A stretch of DNA of 63,196 nucleotides, counting the filler, from Sluysia triapertura (lineage: Eukaryota): assembly GCA_046118255.1 (NCBI GenBank). It is 5 parts of 5 records of this genome, joined end to end, with 100 filler letters (N's around TTAATTAATTAA, not from the genome) between each part and the next. Parts side by side here need not be neighbours in the genome. Positions count along the whole stretch, not along the records: positions 49,699 to 63,196 come from JBJNIA010036594.1; 4 more parts are not named here. One strand, written 5' to 3'. Positions within the stretch are counted from its first letter, which is position 1; each line of letters opens with the position of its first letter. Position numbers and translations under genes: made by a program. The notes beneath the pieces were generated by a model. That model saw nothing but the letters and a program-made list of their open reading frames with translations. It did no database searches and was not told the DNA's origin. This document shows positions 53,650 to 63,196 of the stretch, in pieces.

Positions 53650-54276
53650 CGAGTATGTTATGGTTAACTTGACATGTATATATCATAACTTTGTTCGCAT
53701 TTTGAAAAATCGTTTTAGTAATTTAAAATTTTATAAAAATCTATTAATAGTATCAAGGTCGAAATTTTGACTAGTTTTGACTGATTCAAACAAATTTTTA
53801 TCTTTTTCTTTTGTTAATGATTTAATTCCTTAATAAAGCATAAAAATATGACATAAATACAATATATAATACGACATAATATAACACAATAAAATATGAG
53901 AAAATATGAAACTATAACGATGATAGGATGATAGTGGGGATTATCTTTATTGTAAAGCTTGGAGTGTTATTAACTTGAAATTTAATTTTATTCGATGATT
54001 TTATGACTTTCTTGTTTGTGATGTTGTGACTATAGGATTTGATGTAATGTTATGCGATGGTATAAGTGAAACATGTGATATATTTTTGTGATAAAGTTTA
54101 TGATTGCTGTTATTGATGTAATATGATCTCAATAATCGGCTGAATCACCACAGTATATTTTGCTTTTAAGTGTTTATTTGATATTTTGTGTTAGATTACG
54201 TTGAAGTTTGTTTAAGATTTTATTTATTAGAAATGTATTGGATTGCTTTAATGTTTGTCTGTGAATGTGTTTATGA

Positions 54277-54555
54277 CTAGTGTGTTTTAGTCTTGAGCTC
54301 ACCGCAACAGTCATCGTCCTCGTCGCTGGCAGACAAACATAAATAAATATTGACTATTAGTATTAATATAGCAAGAACAGTAACAAATACTATTACATTA
54401 ACGATTAAGATTGTCCTTGTCGGATCATTTCTAATACTGTTAAAACTTTTCGAGTACCATTTGATGCAAAATGCAGGTGCTCCATTTTTTTGGTTGAAAT
54501 ATGAATTCTTTCTATAATATGTCGTTCTTCGGTGGTATATTGGAGCATATCGCAT
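54277..54555 (-). CDS. Small single-pass membrane protein (92 aa), orphan
   Basis: Basic N-terminus, TM segment ILIVNVIVFVTVLAILILIVNIYLCL, acidic/Cys tail SDEDDDCCGE. Confidence 0.6.
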   Translation of the reverse strand: MRYAPIYHRRTTYYRKNSYFNQKNGAPAFCIKWYSKSFNSIRNDPTRTILIVNVIVFVTVLAILILIVNIYLCLSASDEDDDCCGELKTKTH

Positions 54556-54832
54556 ATAGAGTCATTAAATTATTTATGTAATATTCATAAATAACTCAGG
54601 TACTGAAAGTGAGTCTAGAGGGTTTAAGACAGGTAAACCTAATTCGAATATTTGTCTGTAGTATTTTAAATTTTATATCGTATCTAAATTATGGAACTCA
54701 AAATTATGGAATTCAAAAGGAAGTACCATATATACTAGATTTCTGTTACTTTTTGGTATACGAAGATCTCTACCAAAATTGATCGTACAAAATGCGGTTC
54801 ATTATACACATGAAAATGTAAAATTGTTATGT

Positions 54833-56000
54833 TGTCATCAAAACCATTTTAAAATTACAAAAAAACAAAAAAACAGCTTACAGTATTAATTTAAACCTAT
54901 TTTCTAAAAGAGAAATATGATTTTATAAAAAAGTAAATATCTTACTAAAATATGCTGATGATTTTCTTTTATCTAAAACTGGAAAACTACCTTACAGCAA
55001 AATAAATTAATATTTAGAGCCCGCTTACGGTATACGGCTTTCAAATGGTGTATCTGTAAGTAACGTAAAAATATGCCTAAGGAATAACGATATAAAAATG
55101 TTTCTGTAATGACGTATTTCTCTAACGTCTTTAAATTTAATTCTTTATCAACTGTTACTATAACGAAGTCTAAGTCACGAATTTATATATTTATTACCTT
55201 ACCAGACACTAGGGCCAAAAATCTATATAAAATTATCTCAATTCACACAGTATATAATGATGACCAACTTTTAATATAAATTTAAGGTTTTGGTATTATA
55301 ATGTTACAAACAGATTTATATCGTAACTTTACCTTAACTTTATATCACGTCAATAATTATAGAAGGTGTATTATATAAAATTTAAAAAATAAAATATACA
55401 ATTTTTATCATAATAATAATAGAAACAGTAATAAAAATAATTGATTTTTTAAGTAAAATGGCCTTGCCCAAGGACTCCGTTACGTGAATTTATATTTTAT
55501 AATTGGCTTTACGTACCAACGAAAATAATATGATTTTAGAGTTTAAAGAGATTTTATAATTGTGGGGTTTTTAAGATAAGATACTTATAGAATAAAATAA
55601 GATTTTTAACGTGAGTTCACCAACGTAATAGGCTTACCAGTTAGAGCTAGCAATTGGATTTATAGAAAAAAGATTTTTTAAGTAAAGATGGGAATAACTT
55701 CTTAAGATTCTAAAGTGTCTGTAAATTTATTAGGACACTCTTAACTGTGTAAGACTATTCAAATAATTTTTTCTATTAATTCATAATTTAAATACTTAAA
55801 TGCTTATCAGTCAAATCTGGTTGAGTTCTGGAGGTATTTTAATTTATAAACAAATGGGAGTCACCGCTAACTAAAAAATAGCAGTTAAATTTAATAGTTT
55901 GCGTAAACCCTGTGAAAAGGATTTGTAATAAATGATTTTGGAGTATAAGAATTAAATTCTGATAAGGGAAAACTTTATTGTAGTAAAGATTTTATATTTA
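54833..56000 (+). repeat. Long non-coding dispersed repeat (LTR-like start TGTCATCA); related copies at 58640-59480, 60628-60745, 62984-63050
   Basis: CTTACAGCAAAATA...AGAG(C/T)CCGCTTAC(G/A)GTATACG...AATGG(T/C)GTATCTGTAA at 54991-55058 and 58685-58758. GTGAGTT(C/A)ACCAACGTA..GG.TTACCAG at 55611 and ~62984. The first ~110 bp are shared with 60628. Confidence 0.75.
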
Positions 56001-57455
56001 AAACTATGGAAATTAATTATTAATAAAAATGAATTCTATAACAATTTATATTGTATACTTAATAGGGTACAAATGAAAATATAAAAAATTAATAAGTATA
56101 TTACGGATAATTATTGGTTAATTCTTCAAATAATAACAATTTATTAATGATTTTTCGGAAAACTATTATTAATTACAAAATTTTATTTTAAGTGGATTTT
56201 ATGGGGATATTTTTTATGTCCAAAACTTAACATAATAAACTAACGTAGTATTTTTTTGAAAATGAAAAATTCGGTAAGTTTTATATTCAATTTTCCAAAA
56301 TTTGTGAACTTTTTAAAGATTGTGCCACTCTTATCCACTCTTCGTCCGAATAAAATATTTATAAAAATTTGGTTGAAGCTGTCAAAAAAATATTGTGCGA
56401 AGTTGTAAATTTTATGCCCATTTATACCTAATTTAACTGGCCTTGGCCAAATTAAAACAAAATATTCGTTTTAATTATTAAAACAAAAATAATTCGATTT
56501 TGAATTTGATTGATTTTAAAAATATTAAAATTTATATTTAATTAATAAAATTACTCACGTTAGTTTAGATCCAAAAACAATAATTATAATAAAGCAATAA
56601 TTAATAATTTAGGTCCAAAATTATTAATAAAATCCAAAAATATACAATAAAATCAATATATATACATTAAATATACAATAAATTCAATTAAAAATCAATA
56701 ATTTCGTTACTAAAGTAGTCATTATTAAAATATATAACACACAAATTAATCTTAATCATTGTACTTTGTATATAATTGATCTTAGGGACCAACTGAAATC
56801 GGAAAGTTTACGTTGATTTTATAACTCTTACGAGTTTACAAGCTATTTAAATTAAACTTACTGCTTAACAATGTTCTATAATATGAATACATATTGACTG
56901 AATAAATAATTTCGGTGCTAAATATGAACAGCTTGGTAACCACTTTGATTTGAAATAACTAAATTTTCGCAATGTAAATATTGTACAACCAAAAAGATAT
57001 CTTTGACGCTTAGATTGTATAGCCGGAGTTTTGTATCATAAACATATGTAATATGCTGGAATGCAGAAATCAATCTTTGTTTATTTCTTTATTCTTGATC
57101 AATTAACTATGGCGTCTAACTTGCAAAAAATCAATTGTGTAATTCTTCTTTATCTAATTTCTTTATGAAGATTCTAAAATGGCATTGTTTATTATTAGTG
57201 TCTGAATTGTGTCTTACTACAATTTTTGTAACTTTATTTATAGCATAATGGCTATCAGGAGCCATATTAATAATTTTTCATTTATTCAAACAATTCATAT
57301 CTAGAAGGTTCCTTTTTTGAATTAATTTTAAAATAATTAAATATTTTTTTAATGTTAATGTAATTATAATTTTTATAATACTAATAATTTTAATAATTTT
57401 AACAAAAATATAAAATATAATAAAAATATTTATTTACAAGCTTTACAAATAGAAA

Positions 57456-57480
57456 AGAAGTTTCTAGAATGTTCTGGAAC
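57456..57480. promoter_or_regulatory. Perfect five-unit heat-shock element inside an LTR-like repeat
   Basis: aGAAg tTTCt aGAAt gTTCt gGAAc; TATATAAATA ~130 bp downstream; homologous degraded copy at 60751-60770. Confidence 0.6.
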
Positions 57481-57689
57481 ATTTGTTTTAATTTTCATAA
57501 AATTTGCACTGCCTTAGTCATCCGTGACTGTCAATCAAGACATGTATAGGCTTCGTTGTTCTTATTTCCGAATTTCGATAATTTAGTTTTCTTACCTCAT
57601 CCCGGCGATTATATAAATATATTAGCAGTTTAGGATTAGTATATAAATAAACTTTCGTCATAGTAAATAATGTCTAAACAACTTACATG

Positions 57690-58430
57690 CATACATGTTT
57701 GCCATACATTCTTTCAATTGCGGAGTAGTTCATTTCAGATTTAGTGTGGCATTGAATTGCAGAATCTGGAAAAATTAATATTGGTGCCTTAGTAAGTCTT
57801 TCTTTTAAATATGTAAATGCAATTGTTTAAATTCAACATCCTTTATGTCAGCTTCCATTTTAACGAAATCTTTAACTGATCTTCTATAAGGAACTTTTAA
57901 GCTTTATAAAGTTTTCTGGTTGTGGAAATTTAACAAATTTTTTGGATGCCTCTTGAATTCAATTTTTTGTTGCAATGTTTCTTTAAAATTCCACTTGTTC
58001 TTCGGCTCAAAAATATTTTATCTTCCACAGATATTATCGATATCTTTTACGTTTGTTTCAAAATTTTTCAAAACAAATTATTATACGATCTGTGTAATAA
58101 TCGAATTTTACAAATCGATAGAACAAAGTGTATGCATGTTGAAAAGTTGCTGGGGCGCCCGTTAAGTTGAATAGCATCTTTTCACATTCACCAATAATCA
58201 CTTTGTATGTTGTGTTTACTAGCTGACCTAACATTTCAACTATTTTTGGTAACGGAAATACATCTTTTATTGTTAATTTGTTTAATTCTCTAAAATCTCT
58301 ATTTTTTTACTAGTAATACTGAGGACGATAATGGAGAAAAAATCTAGGCTTTATTACTCCGGTCATTTTTATAGTAACAACTTGATCTTGTATTTCTTTT
58401 TGATTACAAATTGGGGTATTTATGGTTTCT
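57690..58430 (-). mobile_element. Ty3/Gypsy RT-RNase H fragment, degenerate
   Basis: DFRELNKLTIKDVFPLPKIVEMLGQL, MLFNLTGAPATFQ, FTYLKERLTKAPILIFPD, SEMNYSAIE; same lineage as 8030-8700 and 37420-39010. Confidence 0.9.
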
Positions 58431-58639
58431 TAAGCATACTTTATCCTCTGTTAAAGATATTTCACCCATATCGTATTTATTTTTTGGCACGTTCTCTAGG
58501 ATATCTACAAATAACAACATAAAAGTGTTCTTTTTGTTTTTTAATTAAATTTCTATTTGTTACTTTAATTTTTCCGCAGTCTTCATCGTATATTTCGCCC
58601 AATAATTTATAGTATTGCTTTTGCTTGTGTTAGTTTTAA

Positions 58640-59480
58640 TATGTATTTCTACCTGCTGGGAGTTTTCTTAATAAAAGAGCCTAACTTACAGCAAAATAAT
58701 AATAATTATTATTCAGAGTCCGCTTACAGTATACGACCTACTAATGGCGTATCTGTAAAAACAATTATTAAGTTTAATCGTATAAAAATACTCTTTGCCT
58801 TAACTTAACAATAGTGGAAAAAATCGTCGTTTATGTCAACTGATACTAAATAGCTTAAAAATAATTAAGACCAACACTGGCTTATGTAATATTTGAGTTA
58901 ATGTAAAAATCAAGTTAATGATATTTGTATAGAGACGTGTCGTTTTTTAATACTCTCAATTCTTAATTAAATCTTAATATAATGATCGTTAGCTTTTTTA
59001 ATTCTTACTAGAATTTAATGAGATTATATTGTAATCAAGGTATTTTCGATTAAAATGTATTTAATTGTAATTTGACCGTAATCTAAGATAACTATAAATT
59101 TAATTTAACTTACAACGTTAATGTTAGAACAATTATTATAAAAACAGGACTCGAAAGTTTTTAATTTTTTATTACACAATAAATAAAATTAAAATAAAAT
59201 TACTATAAATTTATAAAATTCCAAAAGAGCAATTATTATTAATACCAAAATTTATAAATAATAAAATTATAATAATGATAAAAGTTGAGTTATAATAAAG
59301 ATCTAGCCCTTAGACTCTACCTTATAATAATGATTTTATAGATGACCTTAAGGGCCAACTAAAGAGTAGTGAATTTATATTTTAAATTGATTTTGCGATT
59401 GGCCTAAAGACCAACCGTAAACTTAATATTTTGAGTATAAATTTTACTCAATGTGAGTTTTCAAACTTACGAATTAATTA
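58640..59480 (+). repeat. Second copy of the long non-coding repeat family
   Basis: See 54833-56000; also shares GTGAATTTATATTTTA (~55484 and ~59369). Confidence 0.7.
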
Positions 59481-60076
59481 ATAATGAATATTCGTGTTCT
59501 CAGATTGTCCTTTCTTTTAAATAAATTGATTGCTTGAGAGGGAAAATTATATCCCTCTAATCGTAGACGAGGTATATGATATCGTTGAATGAATTATGAA
59601 CTTGAGAATTACTGGAGCCCAAAGAAAAGGATCAGATGTCGGGAGGTTAAATTGTTGATTTTACTGGCGATGATTGAATTAAACTATAGATGACTAAACC
59701 CAAACAAAGACGTATGATTCAAAATGGCTTAGTGTTATTTTTGGTTTCTTTATTTTTGTCTGCATTTATATACACATAAAGACATATTTTAAATTTTAAT
59801 TTAACTAAACAATTTTCCATTCTTGAACCTTCTTTTAAATTCTTTTTTAATTTATAATAATAATAATTTTAATTTTAATATAATTAGAATAAGAAATTTT
59901 TAAATAATAATAATTTAATAATTTTTACAATAAAATATAAAAATTAAAAAAACTTTTTTGTACACCTTTACGTACCTTATAATCAACAATTCTTTCCAGC
60001 TTAGTTCCTCTATATAATTATGTGTCTCATTAGACCAAAAATAAATTTATTTGTTAAGTATTAACTACTAACATAT

Positions 60077-60228
60077 TGTTGGAGTAAAAGGCCTATAAAG
60101 TGCCAAGTAGTATAATTGAATATATTGAAAATGAAATTGTTAGACGCGGCTGATAGCTCAGTGGTAGAGCATTCGCACTGCGCATCGAAGGTTCGATCCC
60201 CGGTCAGTCCATTTTACGAAGTCTAACA
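60077..60228 (+). mobile_element. Solo-LTR-like element carrying a tRNA-Ala-derived cassette (copy 2)
   Basis: TGTTGG...CTAACA with ATAT at 60073-60076 and 60229-60232. tRNA-like GCTGATAGCTCAGTGGTAGAGCA...GGTTCGATCCCCGGTCAGTCC at ~60146-60210, bracketed by TTGTTAGAC / GTCTAACAA. Confidence 0.8.
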
Positions 60229-60627
60229 ATATAATAAATTGATGCTCCTGAGATAACAATTCAGATATGTTTTTGAAATCGATGTGCAACGTACGGATGA
60301 CCCACAAAGTATTATATAAAATATTTCTATGAAAAATAAATTTATTATTTCATTAGTTTTATCTTTATTTTAAGTTGACAAATTGTAAATTTATTAAGTA
60401 TTAATGTAATAACGATATCTCAACACATTTGTGTGATTAAGGGTTTATTCGTCTGCATTTAAATAAAATTCAAAAAGAAAGATTTTATTTTGTAACCTAC
60501 CGTTTTAATATTTTATTGTGTTGTGTCAGCCCTGACAATTTTGATAGATTTAGAATTTTTTAGTAGTGATTTATAACATTAACTTTATATATTGAGGATA
60601 TTATTAATTGTGATAATTGTGATAGAT

Positions 60628-60894
60628 TGTCATCACAACCATTTTAAAATTACAAAACAACAATTATAACAACTTACAGTATTAATTTAAGTCTATCTTT
60701 ATAAAAGAAACTTATTATCTTAAATGAAAATTCCTTATTAAAAATAGAAAAGAAGTTCCTAGAATGTTTGATTGGCTGTTGGCTTATATAAATAGCTGCA
60801 GTTAATCTTAATGAAAACAAAAAATAATCACAATTTTTTAGACGCCATCTTGGATTTCATTAATTCGATTTATTTACATTTTTTTGGTCGCCAG
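60628..60894 (+). mobile_element. Candidate ~250-bp LTR (TGT...ACA, 60628-60878) followed by a PBS-like TGGTCGCCAG
   Basis: Contains a degraded HSE, ATTGG and TATATAAATA in promoter order; 5' part shared with 54833, middle shared with 57447. Confidence 0.45.
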
Positions 60895-63196
60895 ATTCTC
60901 GTAAAGTATTGATTCTATTGTATTGATTCGTTTCCAGAAAAACTCACTTTTAAATCCATTAATAGCGTAAGTTAGGTTGTTTTTACTGTTCCTAGTGGAA
61001 ATAACAATATTAAAATCAGACATAAAATCTTTAATTTTAATCGTAATTTTAATTTTCAATTTTGAATCGTTACATTTTTTGTCATTATCATCAGTGCTTT
61101 GCAAAATTATTATTAATCTGAGAAAGGTACATTGATACAATTGTTATTAATCTGAGTATCGATATTTTTTGTATATGTCGATTATTAAGTGAATGTCTTT
61201 TAAAAATAATTTAATAATACATATACTAAATATCCTAAATTTAAAGCAAACTTTAATTACACATTTAAATTATATTAATTTTTTCAACAAAATTATTATT
61301 ATTAAGTAATAATAATATTTAAAGGAATATTCTGCTTACAATGTGTGGCTATATATATTTGTAAAATTACGTATTAAATTATTTATTGTTGCATTTTTTA
61401 ATTATTGAATTTTGTATAATTAAATGCTCTTATTGGTTTAATATAAGTTGACTTTTATTTTAAAATAAAGAAATAAAAGATTTTACCGAATTGTATTAAT
61501 AATAAGTAAAAGCACAATTGTTTAAAAGTTTTATTAAAATCATCTCCAAATTATTAAAAAACACAAAATTCGAAAAAGTACAAAATAAATTCATCGTTAA
61601 ATTTTTCTAATTGTTATCAACTATTGTATTCAAGAATCAAAAAATCATACTGGATTTACGTAATTAACCATCTTATATAGTTATATTTTTAATAAATTAA
61701 TCATGAGCATAATAAAAGAAAATTTCTTATAGTAAACTTAAACTCGGTTTTAAAGATCTTTTTAGAACATAATCAAACTATTTGAGAACATAACCTTGCT
61801 AACATTAGCAGAACTATAATTGAAAATATTTTCTTTAAATCTCCATTACTTCCATTTTCTTAATCGCTGATATCTCTGCATCGGCGCTTGACTGTGTAAG
61901 CCCGGTCTCACAAAGGACTCACGAAATACAAACGCATATATTAACACATAAATAAAAATATATTAAAGTTTGTTTATTTTCAAAACGAAATTCTCAAAAC
62001 GAAATACATCTATACGTATCATTTTTGTTGTTAAATACAACCATTAATAAACATAGACATAAATATAAATATAATTCATTACAAACCCTCTCACGAACAT
62101 TTTATCCATTTTAGAACATCATCATATCTCGCCAAACTTACCAAATTCACGTAATTAAATCATTAACGTATAAAAGTTATATTAATTATAAACTAATTAT
62201 AGCTTTTATGCTCATATAGCTTTCTTGGCCTTCCTCGGCAGCACCTCTCAGATTTTAATTTATTATGTATACATTTATATTTTAAAAATGTGTATAAGAA
62301 GATGCATATCAGAAATTTATGTATGATTTATGCTTTTTCAAAAATAAGTTTCCTTTTTTTGTTTGAATTTTTCACTTTTTTGAATATTTGAAAATGTTTA
62401 AAAATGACTAAAAAATTAATTTTAATGTATGTGAATTTTAAAAGCAGTGAAAGAATTTTATGTGGAATTTTATCTGGACTTTATCAAGAGTTTTCTAATT
62501 CAAAGTTGCACAAATTAAGCAAGGTGATGCTAAATTTTGCTGCGAGATATTGTACATTCAATTTGTATTAATTAAATGCGACAATAGCAGTAGTGTCCAT
62601 TGTTAATTAGGACGTCGCACGAGTCGAATTAAATATTTAGTTAAATCAAAATGACGTAAAGCTCAACCAGACAAAATGAAAAATATTTGTTATAAAGTTA
62701 ACTTAGCTGATGCTGTTGATGCATTGCATGAAAAAATGAAAAGTTCTAATGTATGTACAAGTACGCCTTTAAAGAAAGCAGTGGAAGGATCATAGTATCT
62801 AAGTTGTAATGATAGTTTGAGAAAAAGTGTTTATACAACAATAAATCATTTAAATGCAGAAAATGATAATTATGAAAGAAATTGCAAAAATTGAAAGTAT
62901 AATAAATTAAAGTTTTTTAAGCCAGATCTATCTTATGTAATACTTCCTCACGAAATCGATTTGATCAAAGTGAATTTAAAGCTGTGAGTTAACCAACGTA
63001 CTGGGTTTACCAGCGAGGGCCAGCCGTTGGATTTGGTAATATAAAAGTAATGGAGGTTAAGAGAGCTGTATTATTATAATAATACATGAGAGTTGTTTTA
63101 TTATAAAAGAATTTGTTTATTAATTGTGATATTTAAAATATGTTGGGATTCCGCATTTGTTTCATTATTGAATTATAATTTGATATTGTAAAATAG

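Noticed and set aside
57500-57570. Minus-strand IHVLIDSHG as another post-pol protease motif
   Set aside because: Not a true D(S/T)G, immediately followed by a stop, and it lies within a repeat better explained as LTR-like.
57920-58522. Plus-strand ORFs 57920-58165, 57946-58170, 58331-58522 (likewise 8606-8818, 44169-44357, 44737-45030, 47447-47638, 48049-48312, 52341-52793)
   Set aside because: Antisense shadows of better-supported coding sequence on the opposite strand.
60146-60210. Functional tRNA gene (also ~10470-10532)
   Set aside because: Each copy lacks part of the cloverleaf (variable/T-stem 5' strand in one, 3' acceptor strand in the other), the anticodon loop is irregular, and both sit within a TSD-flanked repeat.

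Overview
A very AT-rich eukaryotic (animal-type) sequence, not a prokaryotic one. Five contigs (1-11077, 11178-22885, 22986-34020, 34121-49598, 49699-63196) are joined by artificial N44-TTAATTAATTAA-N44 linkers. One host gene has GT-AG introns of mostly 35-46 nt, which resembles a reduced parasite genome such as the orthonectid Intoshia (inference only). Two spliced host genes can be reconstructed: a 153-aa secreted protein (4103-5591, -) and a protein with an exon-array repeat and a C-terminal coiled coil (43092-45639, +). There is also an SV2/MFS-like first exon. Most of the rest is decayed mobile DNA: Tigger/pogo, mariner, hAT/Buster, a possible Sola, piggyBac-type and other MITEs, L2/CR1 LINEs and three Ty3/Gypsy pol fragments. 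The main candidates for novelty are: (1) dense clusters of intronless orphan ORFs at three contig ends that look like an endogenous large DNA virus or giant element, including a probable paralog pair and palindromic upstream elements; (2) a ~150-bp solo-LTR-like element (TGTT...AACA, ATAT target duplication) carrying a tRNA-Ala-derived Pol III cassette, in two copies; (3) a Gypsy element with a DTG protease-like domain after the integrase, followed by a signal-peptide (env-like) ORF; (4) a possible endogenous negative-strand RNA virus L fragment; (5) decay of orphan ORFs by in-frame stops compatible with C-to-T change. All homology calls come from motif recognition by eye; no searches were run.
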